Origin: Chiloscyllium plagiosum
Lineage: Eukaryota
Direction of reading: 5' to 3'
NCBI RefSeq assembly: GCF_004010195.1
Contig: NC_057756.1
Span: 343,805-407,804, forward strand
Length of the DNA stretch: 64,000 nucleotides
In this document: positions 1 to 13,200 of the stretch, in pieces
How positions within the stretch are numbered: the stretch's first letter is position 1
How the letters are laid out: each line of letters starts with the position of its first letter
The notes under the pieces: model-generated
What the model saw: the letters and a program-made list of their open reading frames with translations, nothing else
Told to the model about the DNA's origin: nothing
Databases searched by the model: none
Made by a program: the position numbers and the translations under genes

Positions 1-345
1 ATGAGGGGCATGGATAGGGTAAATAGACAAGGTCTTTTCCCTGGGGTGGTGGAATCCAGAACTAGAGGGGCAGAGGTTTAGGGTGAGAGGGGAAAGATAT
101 AAAAGAGACCTAAGGGGCAGCTTTTTCACACAGAGGGTGGTACGTGTATGGAATGAGCTGCCAGAGGATGTGGTGGAGGCTGGTACAATTGCAACATTTA
201 AGAGGCATTTGGATGGGTGTATGAATAGGAAGGGTTTGGAGGGATATGGGCCGGGTGCTGGCAGGTGGGACTAGATTGGGTTGGGATATCTGGTCGGCGT
301 GGACCGAAGGGTCTGTTTCCATGCTGTACATCTCTAGGACTCTAT
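1..345 (+). mobile_element. CR1/HER1-type LINE 3' end fragment
   Basis: Encodes FFTQRVVRVWNELPEDVVEAGTIATFKRHLD, the CR1 ORF2 C-terminus, followed by the shared 3' UTR tail (GAAGGGTCTGTTTCCATGCTGTA). Other copies lie at about 3480-3835(+), 14650-15270(-) and 63430-63670(+). Confidence 0.9.
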
Positions 346-3300
346 TAGCAAAGGTTACAAAGAGACCTTGATCAATTGGGTCAACGTGTTGAGGAGTGGC
401 AGATGGAATTTAATTGGTATTGTATTTTGATAAAACATACAAAGGCAAGACTTATACAACCAGTCCACACTAACCATATTCCCAAACTAAACTACTCTCA
501 CCTGCCTGCACTTGACCCAAACCTTTCCTATTCATGAACATATTTCAATGTCTTTTAAATGTTCTAACTGTGCCAACATCCACCACTTACTATGGCAGTT
601 CCTTCCATTCTGTGTAAGTGTGCCTCCATTTCCCTTCTAAATCTTTCTCCTCATACCTTCAACATATGCTGTCTCGTCTTGAAATCCCCCATCCTCGGGA
701 AAAGACATATGACATTCACCCTATCTCCACCATGATTTTAAAAATCTCTACAAGGTCACCCCTCAACCTCCAGTGAAGAAAATCCCAGCCAAAACCAGGC
801 TCTCCTTATGACTCAAACCCTCCGTACCCAGCAACATCCTGATAAATCTTTTCTGAACCCTCTACAACTTGAGCATATCCTTACGACAACAGGGTGATGT
901 GCAACACTGATATTTTACAGCTACTATGCCCTCAGGCGACTGACTGGGTGGAGTTTGCACACTCTCCCTGTGTCTGCATGGGCTTCCTCAGGGTGCTCCA
1001 GTTTCCATCCACAGTCCAACGCTGTACAGATTAGTGGACCAGCCATACTAAATTTTCCCATAGTGTCCAGGTCCTGTGCAGGCTACGTAGAGTAGCAATG
1101 GGAAGTGTAGAGCTATTGGAATAGGGTTGGGGTGTGAGTCTGGATGGTTTGCTTGTCACAGGGTCAGTGTGGACTTGATGGGTCATATAACCTGCTTCCA
1201 GACTGTAGGGATTCAATGATTCAGAAGCTCTCCAACTATGTAATACCAGCTTCTCAACGCCTTTGGTAATCCACTGTGAGCATCAATCCTTTAATGTTTA
1301 GCTACTCAATTAGCATAAGTAAATAAAGCCAACCTTCCAGCTATCATTTCTACCAACCCTCCACAGTTTTCCATGCTTTCTTGGAAGATTCTCCCTAAAT
1401 TTTCTCGAAGGTTTTTGTCATCTGAGTTAGTAACTCTTCATGTTACTCAGTGGCACACTTTATGTTATCATCCAGCAATGAGGCGTTTTGGGGGTTTTCA
1501 TTCAGCTAAATTCCTCCTTGTTATTTCAACTGAGGCGGAACCATATGGAAACAAAAGGTGTTACCTTGAGAGGATATTGTAATTCCTAGCCAAGGTGACA
1601 GAATCAGTGATACACAACCAGCCCTTGTGCATATGCCAACACGAGTGCCCACCATAGACACTGGCCTGCATTCACTGGCTGGTACCAGGACTGCTTTATA
1701 TGCCCACGATGGTGTAAGGTAATAGCCTGAAAGGGTTAACATTGAAGACTGCACAGAGCTCCGCCCAATTTGATGACGCTGGCAAGACTTGTGTGAAGCA
1801 GTGAGGAAGGCAGTTGAACCTCAACTTGGAAGTTAACCCAGACCTCCAATGATTTCATATTACAACATCGATCTGATGGATGTCATTCATACCAAGCTTC
1901 TCATCACATGCCGTAAAGCACCCCTTGTTTATGTCAAGGGTTGGTTTTAATTAGACTGACTGATGGCTTTCCTATCCAATACAGAGTCGTGTGTCCTCTA
2001 CAGCTGTTCAGAACATGTATTCAAAAATACGTTCACAGTACTCAGTGCTAAGTGCTAAGTCTGGTTTGTAAAAATACATAGGAATGGGGAGAGAATTTTT
2101 TTTTATTTTTACAGAATCAGTCATGAAAGTAGGGAGGGCAGTGAAGTGAGATAACTTGGGTTCTTGCTGCAGGAGCCCATTTCCTGTAAACTACTGAAAA
2201 TAGTTTCGTTTCTCGCTAAGTTTCAAGTTGAGTCAGAACATTTCAGCATTGAGACACTCCCTGTTTATGTATTTCTAGTGGGCAGGAAACTAGGAATGTT
2301 CCCAGTCACAGAAAAGCTTGATGTTTATTTAAAAACTGAGCTTCAGGGAGAAAAAGCCTTGAACAAAAATCTATCAACAATACCATCATTCCTCTCTTAA
2401 GGCTGTTCCTAAGGTTCTTATCGGAAAGACCTTAGTAATCCAGATGGATTATTCTGACAATCAACAACAGCTCTCATTTACTCCCAGGGAGCAGGAGTCA
2501 TTTCCTGAATTTAGTTGACGGTTTTATTTCCTTGCTTGCCTCATTTTTTGATCTTTGCATCACTTTCATCAGAACAGTAATTCAAATTTTACAGTTTTCT
2601 CTCTCTCTCTACAACAGATGCTGAATTCCTCCAGAACTTTCTATCTTTCTTTTTTTCATATCTCCACTGTCCTGTTTCATTTGGGCCAATTCCTTTGGGT
2701 ATAGGGGCTTTCTCATTCTATATGTTGCCTGGCAAATGAAAAGTTCACTGACCCCATTCCAATGGTTCTAACCAATCTAACACTTGGGACAATCTCTACC
2801 CTGGCTTACAGGGGGAGAGAAGGGAATGAAAAGGTGAATGTAAGGTCACATAGAAATGAATCCCTTCTTTTGAGCTTCTCGTCAAGAGGAACAGCATTCT
2901 GTCATCATCAATCTCAACAAGGCCCCTATGTCTTCCACTGTGATCTCACATTTGTTTCAGCCCTGTGGGGACACACTGCATCACCACACCAAGAATCAGC
3001 TGAATAAAGCTTATCTGAACTGCTTCTAACACAATCATATCCTTTCTTTAGAAAGGAGACCCAACTGCAATGCAGAGCTTCAGGGGAACCCTGGCAGCAT
3101 CAGCAGCGGCAGTATCGGTGAGATGAGCCCAAAGTGGACTCATGGCGGCAGCGGAGTCAGGTTTGGGCTGGTGCAGTATCCGGTACCATCTGCCTTGGTG
3201 AGGTCCATCAAGGAGTCAGTGTCAAGGGCTCCAGCAGCAGAGGGGACTCCTGCCTGACCACCAGACCCATTGCAGAGCACTTAACCAGGAGCCTGGACCC

Positions 3301-4025
3301 CTTCTTGCAGAGTGCTTAACAAGGACTGTAAAGGTGAACATCAGACCTTTATTTTCCCTGCAATTGTACTCATTATGTTGCTTATTTTCCCCAGAGTTCA
3401 AAGTAGTCACGGAGCTACATGGAGACACTGAATATGCTGTGGCTATTTTCCCTGGAGCATCAGGCGCCAACAACTAACTTTATAGGAGATTTATAAAATC
3501 ATCAGGCGCACCGATAGGGTGAAAAGCCCAGGTAGAGGAGCCCAGAACTAGACGGCATAGGTTTAAGTTGAGAGGAAAAAGATTTACAAAGGTTCTAAGC
3601 GGTACATTTTTCATGTAGAGGGTAGCGTGTGTATGGAATGAGCAGCCAGAGGAAGTGGAGGAGGCTGGTACAATTACAGTAGTTAAAAAGGAATTTGGAT
3701 GGGTATATGAACAGGAAGGGTCGAGAGGCATGTGGACCAAAAGCTGAAAAATGGAACTAGATTAATGGAGAATCTGGTCAGCATAGATAAGTAGGACCAA
3801 AGGGTCTGTTTCCATGCTGTACATCTCAATGACTCTACTACTCTTCCCCAACATCCCTCATCCAGGTCAGCCTGCTGCAGTACAGCTGCACTAGCTGGTA
3901 TTTGCCCAAGAAAGGAAGTTGCCTAGTTTTGGCCCAACAATCACATATGGCCCACGTGTTAGATAAATCAAAAGCATCAAATTCCACCCTAAAAGTACAT
4001 GCTCTCAAGCATCACACACAAATTA

Positions 4026-4592
4026 CAGAGGAACCTCGATTATCCAAATACCAATTATCCAAGATCTCGAGGCCCCGATAGAAACAGTACGCGAAAGACG
4101 TGTTTCTAACAGCAATCATGTCTTTTGTTTACAGTGATTAAACAGGCACTGTCTCCAAATGACGGACTGCCCGCCCTCCCTCTCTCCCAACACTTGATCT
4201 GGAGTTCTACACAGGGCTGACCCTCAACCCCGCTTTCCTACATAATCTCTCCAACATTGTTCTGTACAGGGCAAAGGTGGAACCTGTCAAAATGTTGCAG
4301 CAAAACGTTGTGCGCGTGTGTGTGCGCATGCACGGTGTCCAGTCCAGCTGCCCCAGAGAGGGGGTGGGTGTGTAATGAGTTGGGGGGGGGGCAGCGGGGG
4401 GAGGTGTTGCATGGGGTTGGAGGCAGGGGGCAGGGTCTCACCCGCTGTGTGCTGCAACAGTCTCCTGAAGGAGGAGCAGATTTTTAAAACTCCGAGCCCA
4501 AGAGGAAAGGCATTTAAATCTATTAACCATAAATGGATGATCCGAACGAAATAGTGCCCGCCCATCTCATTCAGATAATCAACGTTCCCCTG
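4026..4592. mobile_element. Non-autonomous Tc1/mariner-pogo type DNA element (MITE)
   Basis: Imperfect terminal inverted repeats CAGAGGAACCTCGATTATC ... GATAATCAACGTTCCCCTG, flanked by TA at 4024-4025 and 4593-4594. No transposase ORF. Confidence 0.8.
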
Positions 4593-4949
4593 TACTTGCT
4601 CTCTGGCATTTCGCTTAGGTTCCAGTAGCCCCAGGCATCTCCCGGCACAAACATGACAAATTGAAGACCCTTGACATCAAAGCAACATCTCACTCACCAT
4701 TAACCAACGTCGGCTAATGAGCTCATTACACCTGCTCTGCCATTCAATGAGATCAAGGCTGATTTGATAATGATCATCTCAAAGCTGCATTCTGACCAAC
4801 ATAAGAACCAGCCCAGCAGATCCTGTAAACAGGAACCACCAAAACACTTCCCCAGACTTTTCCACCATCTATAACACCCATGTTATTGTTTTCTTGTCTA
4901 TGTGTGTCTGTGCATGTAAGTTTGAGAGATAATTAGAGGGGATTGGGGG

Positions 4950-5250
4950 GCCCATGGTGGCTCAGTGGTTAGCACTGCTGCCTCACAGCGCCAGGGACCC
5001 AGGTTCGATTCCACCCTCTGCAACTGTCTGTGTGGGTTTCCTCTGGTTTCCTCCCACAACCCAAAGATGTCCATGTTACATGAATTGGCCATGCTAAATT
5101 TCCCATAGTGTTCAGGGATATGTAGGTTAGATGCATTAGTTATAGGTACATGTAGGGTAGGGGAATGGGTCTGGGTGCATTACTCTTCAGAGGGTCAGTG
5201 TGGACTTGTTGGACCAAATGGCCTGTTTCCACAGCGTAGGGATTCTAAAT
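4950..5250 (+). mobile_element. HE1-type tRNA-derived SINE
   Basis: A box TGGCTCAGTGG, B box GGTTCGATTCC, central GGTTTCCTCCCACA core and a CR1-like tail. Confidence 0.85.
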
Positions 5251-5786
5251 TACTGTTTTGACTAGCAGTCTTATAAGCCAATGCTTTCTCCTGGTCCTAC
5301 TACAATGCATCACCTCACATTTCACTGCATTGAGGTTTAGCTGCCAGATGTCTGCCACTTTGGCCAAATTGTCAATGCCCTCTGAAGTCGCTCAGCATCA
5401 TCCTCACTTTTCACTATTCTCTCAGCTTACTGTCATCTGCAAATTTAGAGATTTTGCCCCTAACATTGTTCCCTTGGTAACATCACTTTCAACTCAACTC
5501 CAGTTTGAGAAATGCCCATCTATACCTCCCCTCCGTTTTCTATAGTTTAACCATGCTGCCAAGTACCCAACAAACCCAAACATTTCAAATCTGCTGACCA
5601 ATCTGCCATGTGGCAGCATATCAAACATGGTGAAATAAATAAATAACTTGAAACTGGAAAATTAAAAAACTTACATAATCAGCATTGACAGAAGTAGGAT
5701 TGGAGAAATCAAAGTGAAGGCATGAATCGAAAGCTACCTTCCAGGCATTAGTTTCTGATTAAACATGTTAAACCACAAACCAATCT

Positions 5787-5869
5787 GGTAGTGTGGCCAA
5801 GCGGTGCAAGGTGCTGAATTAAGGCTTCAGTCTCAAAAGGCGGCATGGGTTCAAAGTTAACCGCTGCCT
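5787..5869 (+). pseudogene. tRNA-Leu(AAG) pseudogene / degenerate tRNA gene
   Basis: GGTAGTGTGGCCAAGCGGTGCAAGGTGCTGAATTAAGGCTTCAGTCTCAAAAGGCGGCATGGGTTCAAAGTTAACCGCTGCC aligns along its full length with vertebrate tRNA-Leu(AAG), including the long variable arm. The T-arm/B box is mutated. Confidence 0.8.
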
Positions 5870-5951
5870 TTCTTGAGAGTCGCAGTTGGCATATCGATGT
5901 GTTAACCATTGCTGCATTTAAACTCAACATAACAAGCTGGCCTTGCCTCTT

Positions 5952-6255
5952 GGGTGGCATAGTGGTTAGTACTGCTGCCTCTCAGCGCCAGAGACCCGGG
6001 TTCATTTCCCACCTCAGGCGGCTGACTGTGTGGAGTTTGCACATTCTCCCAGTGTCTGCATGGGTTTCCTCCGGGTCCTCCGGTTTCCTCCCACAGTCCA
6101 AAAATGTGCAGGTTAGGTGAATTGGCCATTCTAAATTGCCCATATTGTTAGGTGAAGGGGTAAATGTAGGGGTATGGGTCTGGGCGGGTTGCTCTTCGGC
6201 GGGTCGGTGTGGACTTGTTGGGCCAAAAGGCCTGTTTCCACACTAAGTAATCAAA
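5952..6255 (+). mobile_element. HE1-type SINE
   Basis: tRNA-like head, GGAGTTTGCACATTCTCCC and GGTTTCCTCCCACAGTCCAAA cores, CR1-like tail and an AATC-like end. Confidence 0.9.
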
Positions 6256-7019
6256 TCAAAATCAACTGAACTCTGTCCAAGTTGTTCTTTAATCTTGTAA
6301 TTAGATCTTTGCTGCTCTACTGAAACCCCAAGCTGACTTACCAGCAGACGAAGTGAATATAGAGTTACAGAAAACTACACCAAGGAAGAAGGCCCGTCAG
6401 CCCATCCAGTCTGTGCCAGTCAAAAGCAATCACCAAACTATTCTAATCCCATTTTCCAGCACTTGGGCCACAGTGTTGTCTGCCTAAGCATCATATGTGC
6501 ATATCTAAATACTTCTTCACTGTGACGAGAATTTCTGCCTCAAACACCTGCATCAGTGAGGTACAGGCTCCCACCACACTCTAGGCGAAAAGGCTCCTCA
6601 CATCTTCCCTCAAAATCTCTGCCCTGTACCTTAACTTCATGCACCCTGATCATTGATCTGTCCAAAGGAAAAGCTTCTTCCTCGCTACCCTATCTATGCT
6701 CCTCCTGATGTTATACATCTCAATCATATCCCCCACCTCATTCTCCTCTGCTCTGCTCTAAAGATAACAACCCCAGTCTGTCCAATCTCTCATGACTGAA
6801 ACTCTCCAGCCCAGGCAACATCCTGGTCAATCTCTCTCTGCACTGTCAACAATGTGGATTCCCAAACTTCACACAATACCCTCACTGTGCCTAACCAACA
6901 TTTTATACAGTTCCAGCATAACCACTCAGCTCCTAAACTCTGCCTTGACTGATAAAGGCAAATATCCCAAAAGCCTGCTTGACTACATTATCTATCTGTG
7001 GTTTTGGAGAGGATTTGTG

Positions 7020-9050
7020 GTTCATGTTGCGGATCAGGGTAAATTTACCAAGCCCTACAGGCACAATACATTCATACTAGCCTGAAGGTGGAAGACCAAT
7101 GCCATCCAACCGAGCACTACCCACCAAAAACTGTACCTCCTACAAGAATTTCTCAGGAAACAGACATTACTACAATGTGTCAAATAGAAACCATCACTCA
7201 ACACCCACAAGCCAGGAGAACAGCAGAACAGAACGGCTTCAGAATGCTACGAGAAAATGATAAACGATGCCCACAAGAAACTCCACAAATACGAACGGAA
7301 AATTTTGTGCCCGAATACACTATACACTAACACAACTGACCATGAATGGATAAGTACGCTAGAATGAGCCACCTACAATAAACATCAGACCAAGACAAAG
7401 AAAAGACCAGCTCTATCAAGAAAAATGGACCGAGCTCTCACACAACAATAATACAATAATAAGGCTTCCTGAAGAAGGGCTCATGTCTGAAACATCGATT
7501 CTCCTGCTCCTTGGATGCTGCCTGACCTGCTGCGCTTTTCCTGCAACACATTTTCAGCTCTCATCTCCAGCATCTGCAGTCCTCACTTTCTCCTAGAAGA
7601 TTTTTACCCCAGGTACAATGGCAGGATGAGATTATCCGTTGAGATATTGTAAATGGTAATGCCCTAATCCTGGGGAATCATTCTGCAGACAATTTCCTGA
7701 CTCAGTGATTTCCCAAGACAATGTAGGTGCGACATTTCTCTGGCCATAAAGCATTTCTGAATGGAAGACATTGAATGACAGTTTAACTTGACAATAGCAA
7801 GGGGGAGTAGCAGCAAATGACTGTCTCATTGGAGTGGGGGGTCATTCACATTCCTTCACGGCTGTCGCCCCCACACAAAGACAGTGCAGTTTAACCCTTT
7901 CATATTGCATTAACCTTCAGAGAGATAGTACAATTTAATACTTTAACATTACAACAGTATCAACTCCATCAACAAAGACAGCATCCACAAACTAGTAGAC
8001 TTGTGCCTCACAACCCTCTTCACCTTCAATGACAAGATCTACAAACAAACCAGTGGGAGGCCTAAGGGATCACCAAAAATCAGGATTTTTAGCAGAAGCA
8101 GTTATGCAGAGGTTAGAATAAACAGCCCTTCCCACGATCCACACAGTAAACCCAAACCTTGGGCTGGATAAGACCTTTGTAATCATGAAACACAACAAAT
8201 GAGAAGAAACCTACCGAAAATAAAATCCTTAAACAGGATAAAGTTCACCAAAGAGGAAGAGAACAATAACAGACTCCCCTTCCAGGCTGTCACAGTAGAA
8301 CAAAAAGCCATTCGAGAACTGCAGATCAGCATCTACAGGAAAGCCATACACACAGATCAGATACTTGATTACAGGAGCAACCATCCCAACATCCATAAAC
8401 AGAGCTGCATCTGGTCATTATTTAAAACGAGCCACGACACATTGCGACATAACACACCCAGAGACTCTAGCCACCCTACCATACAAAGGCAGAGATATTA
8501 GATTACTCTGGCCCCTAGGCTTTATGACAGCCACAAACCTACCACCCCACCAAAACAGCTCCTGATGAATTAAAAAAGGACCCTGTACCATCAACCAGCA
8601 GAATGAATGACATATACAAAATACCCTGCAAGGACTGCAACAAACATTACATTGGACAAAGGGGCAGGAAGCTAGCCACCAGGATACATGAGCACCAATT
8701 AGCCACCAAAAGACATGACCAACAATCACTGGTATCTGCACACAAATGAAGAGGGACACCAGTTCGACTGAGACAATACATCCATCCTGGAACAGGCTAA
8801 ACATAGAAACACATGGGAATTCCTGGAGGCCTGGCCTTCAAACCTGAACTCCATTAATAAACATATAGATTTGGACCCCATTTACCAACCTCTAAGAAAC
8901 AGCACCAGAAATGATATCACCTACCACAACAAACCAAGACAGATAAGTAGCAAGCAGGGCAGAACACGCTTCACTGGGGACTCACTGATGATGTTACCTA
9001 GTATTTGAGAACAAATCTCCCAGCTCAGCGAGCAAATGTACAACCCAACT
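7020..9050 (+). mobile_element. Penelope-like retroelement (RT + GIY-YIG), degraded and interrupted
   Basis: Remnant motifs LVDLCLTTLFTFNDKIYKQ, GFLAEAVMQRLE, FTKEEENNNRLPF, YRKAIHTDQILDYRSNHP and the GIY-YIG segment IYKIPCKDCNKHYIGQ..RKLATRIHEH. Contains frameshifts and internal deletions. Confidence 0.85.
7466..7594 (+). mobile_element. Short hammerhead-bearing Penelope-derived repeat (single orientation)
   Basis: CTGAAGAAGGGCTCATGTCTGAAACATC core followed by the family body GATGCTGCCTGACCTGCTG...CTCACTTTCTCC. Similar copies at about 19836-19947, 24604-24680, 31127-31251, 34103-34192(-), 40415-40500 and 59340-59430. Confidence 0.75.
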
Positions 9051-9953
9051 TTGTCTACTTGTCCTGATACATCAAGGGACCAGTGGACACACACAACAAA
9101 AAGTTCCTCTGATCATCAGTACTTCCCAGGGTGCGCCTTTTCATATATTCCCTTCTCTTTCTTGTCCTGCACAAGTGCATCACCTCATATTTATATGGAT
9201 TGAATTCCTCTAGCCATTGATCAGCCCACCTATACCCTCTTGTCGACTAAGGCTCGCCTCCTCACTATTTACCATGCCACTAATTTTGTATCATAAAGGA
9301 GGACTTGAGATTAGGCCTGTACTCATTGATGTTTAGAGGATTGCGGGGAGACCGTATTGACACATACGATTCTTAGGTGACTTAGTAAAGTCTCCCTTGT
9401 TAGACAATCTCGGGCCATAGGCATAATGTCAGAGCAAGGGGTCACCCATTTAAGGCAGAGACAAGGAGGAACTTCTCCACTCGGGGGGGTGGGGGGGCGG
9501 GGAGTGAATCTCGGCAATTCTTTACTGCAGAAGGCTGATGAGGTTCAGCCATTCAGTATATTCAAGATGGATTTTTAATCAGGGAATCAAGGGTTATGGG
9601 GAAAATGGCAGGAAAATAGAGTTGAGGACGATCAGATTAACCATAACCTTATTGAAGAGCAGAGCAGACTTGATGGGCTGAATGGCCTACCCTTGTTCAT
9701 ACTTCTTAGGGTAGTATGCTGTGATTTTTGTCCCTTTATTTCACATACACCAAAATTTGTTTTTCTCACTGCATTCTCAGGGCATCTATTCATTATCATA
9801 AATATCGGACCTCTTCCAGTTTTCACACACTCCTGACTGTCCTCCTAATGCAGGCAGCACCAACTATTCACTTGTACAATATCTCATGAGCTCCACCCTT
9901 CCACAATTCCTGTGTGCAAACCAAACTTTTGTTCTCTTCTCTGATTCAACCAA

Positions 9954-9959
9954 TATAAA
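9954..9959 (+). promoter_or_regulatory. Candidate TATA box of the Ly6/uPAR gene
   Basis: TATAAA about 200 bp upstream of the ATG at 10159 in apparently unique sequence. Position only, no TSS data. Confidence 0.3.
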
Positions 9960-10158
9960 GCATTTGCTAACAGCAAAAAATAAATACCTCCCTCTTTCAC
10001 ATAAAGTTCTCACTCTGCTGACGTTGGCATTCCAAGCAGACTTGTAATAAATTGCTGTGACCACAGGAAGAAAGTTCATTGAGAAGATTAAAAACAGCAG
10101 CTTCTGATCTTCAACTACCAAGACAGCTTTTGGTCGATGATAAAATCAAAAGTTCAAA

Positions 10159-10207
10159 ATGCAGCTGCTTCCAAGCGTTCTTATCATTTGCGCTTTTGTT
10201 TCTGAAG
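10159..10207 (+). CDS. Two-domain Ly6/uPAR (PLA2-inhibitor-like) gene, exon 1 (signal peptide)
   Basis: AAAATG start, MQLLPSVLIICAFVSE, then a phase-1 donor G|GTGAG. Joins in frame to 14244 to give ...FVSE-VQP-LTC, a typical LU signal peptide and mature start. Confidence 0.8.
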
Positions 10208-13200
10208 GTGAGAGTTTATCAATTAAATTAGTGATTGCAATTTGTGTGGTACTATTGGAGCTGAATAAATGTAATTATCTCAGTTGTTTAATTGGAGGTG
10301 TGTCCTAAATGTTTAAACTTTAGACAATACTCAAACTGAATGATAAGCAATCCCTTGAAGTGATGGCATCGCTTACCGATTAGTGCTGCAAGCACTTGGG
10401 CAAGAAATGGGTAGGCTGTCTTAGGAAAGGAGAGACAGGCCAAGCCTGTATCCTCAAGACTTTCAAAGAGTAAGAAGCAACTTGACTGGAACACTGTTGT
10501 TAAATTCTCTTAGGGGAAGAGGGTGTTACTGACAGGGTCTAATCTTGCTCCTACATTTGACTTAATTTATTATTTTGTTTCGGTACATGTGAGCGTGAAA
10601 AGTATTGCTTTGCATGCTATCCAAACAAATCATACTTTACCTCAGTAAATCAGGGCAATGGATCAAAATGCAGAATATTGTGTTACAGCTGCAGAGAAGG
10701 TACAGAGAAAGACCAAGTTTAATATGACAAGCCAGTACATAAGTGTGATAACAGTGGGGAAGAAACTATTCTTGAATCTGCTGGTATGTGTTTTCAAACA
10801 TTTGTATTTTCTGCCTGATGGAAGAAAGTACTGTACGTGCAGGATGGGGGTGGGGGTGGGGTCTTTGATTATATTGGCGGCTTTCCCAAGTCAGCAGCAA
10901 GTGTAAATGGAGTCAATAGAAGGAAGGCCGGTTTGTATTATGGACTAGGCTACATTCACATTGCTGTAATTTCCCCCTTGAACAACAATATTTGTATAAT
11001 TGAACCATGAAGGGTACGCTCACTCCACCCTCTGAGTGGAACAATTTTCCTTCAACTTCTCTGCAAAACTTCTACAAATTGCTTTGACTGCCCTGCTAAC
11101 AGAAATAGGTATTTATATCCACTTCACATGTTCCTCATAATTTTACATGTTACAATCAAATTTCTCTTCTGCCTGTCTACTCCTAAAGTCTATAGCTCGC
11201 TCCTCATCGTTAACCATGTAAAGAATTCCAAGACGGTCAGAAAATGGTTCTTCATCACACACCCAGCTTTAGGGCTGAATCATTGCTATGTACCCTTCCA
11301 CAAACAGAAGCAGCAAGTCCTCAAAACTCTGGTGAAAATCCCAACCTGCCGTTACAGAAAACAATTGTCAATTGTACCTTTTTACTTCCTGATACAGAAA
11401 CATCTGCAGTTTCAGTTCTTTCCACATGAGGGACACGGGTGGATAAACTGACTACCTTCCTCTGCCAAAGCTTTGCTAAATTCCCAGGTCAAATGCCTGA
11501 CCTCCACCAACTCTTGTTGAGCTTACCTGAAAAATGCAACCCAACTCCTGAGATTTGATTTTCACTTGACTAATCCCTGTCAAATGTTAATTCTTTCAAA
11601 GTGATGATTTGTGCAGAAATGTGCCCAGCATTGAGGTGAGGACAGGGTGCCTTGGGGTTATTCAAAATGTCCAGTGCTCTCTTTTTGAAAAAGCAGCACA
11701 GCATTAATTCACCAATGTTCTTGAATGATGTCTGTAGTCCACAAACACTGGGAACTGCTCAGTAGAGACATGGCAAATTGTGTTTTGTTTTATTCAGTTG
11801 ATGCAAGTAGCTGGGCGAGCATTTCAAACAGAAACTCAGCAACTTTTTTCATTTGTAGGAATTGGCATTTATTGCCCGTTCCTATTTGCCTCCTTGAGAA
11901 AGTGGTGCTGAGCTGCCTTCTTGACCCTCTGATGTGCACATGTTGTGGGTTGATCCACAATGTCCTTAGGGAAAACAAAATTGAGGGAACAGCACTATAT
12001 TTTTAAGTGAGGATGGGGAGTGGCTTGGAGGGGAACTTGCAGAATGTGATTTCCCATATAGCTACTGCACTTCTAGATGGTTATAGATTATTTTAAAATT
12101 CAGGAGGGGGCCCTTCAGCCCATTATGGCTATGCTGGTCATCAGTTATCTATCTATTTTAAGCATATTTTCCAGCACTTGGCCCATAACCTTGTATGCTA
12201 TGATGGTTCCAAGTGTACATGGAAATACCTCTTCAATATTATGAGGGTTTCTGCCACCACCACCCTTTGAAGCAGTGCATTCCAGATTCCCATCACCCTC
12301 TCGGAAAAAATAAATTCCTCAAACTCTCTTGCTTCCTGCCTTAAAACTGTGCCCACTGGTTATTGAACGCACTACTAAATGGGAAAGAAAGGTTTCTCCC
12401 TCAGTTTTGACACTTAGAACTTGGTACACCTCAATCAGATCTCCCACCCTGCCACCCCCAACTTTCTCTGCTCAAACAGAAATACCTCTAACCTACCCAG
12501 TTTCTCTTTGAAGCTGAATTGCTCAATCCCAGTCAAATCCTGGTGAATCTCCTCTGCGCCCTCACTTATGAATCACATCCTTCTAGCATGGTGACCAGAA
12601 CTGCATACAGTATTCCAGTTGTAGCTCAACTAACATTATATACAACTCCATCATAAGCTGCCTACTCTTCCATTTAATGCTTCAACTAATGAAGCCAAAG
12701 ATCCCACCTCAACCAATCTATTCTATTTGTCCTGTTGCTTTTAAGGATCTTTTAGGGAAAGCCATGGGTTTGGAAGGTACAAGTTGGCCCAACATCTGGA
12801 AATTGCAGAAGCTGATAACAATGGACATAGCCACACTACAGCCTTAGGGAATGTCATCTCTGCTTTTGTCAGCACTGCACCTGAACAAGAACAAGACTAA
12901 AGTTCAATTCAAGAATAAGGCATTCGACCCCTGCACCACTATTCAATATGATCATGGCTGACCATGCAATTTCAGTATCCTATTACTCTTTCTCTCCATA
13001 TTCCTTAATTCCTCAACTGAAAGGGCCACACCCAGCTCTGTCTTGAATAATGGCCCCACAGCTGTGGGAGAGATATCGACATGCTCACAACTCTCAGTGA
13101 AGAAACGCTTCCTCATCTGAGTCTTGAATGACTTACCCTTTATTTTTAAAACTCTGACCCTTAGTGTTGGACTCAACATTGAGAACATACTTCCATATCC

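Noticed and set aside
4950..5020. tRNA genes at SINE heads (also 17935, 27447, 49686, 54826)
   Set aside because: The A and B boxes run into the HE1 SINE body with no complete cloverleaf.
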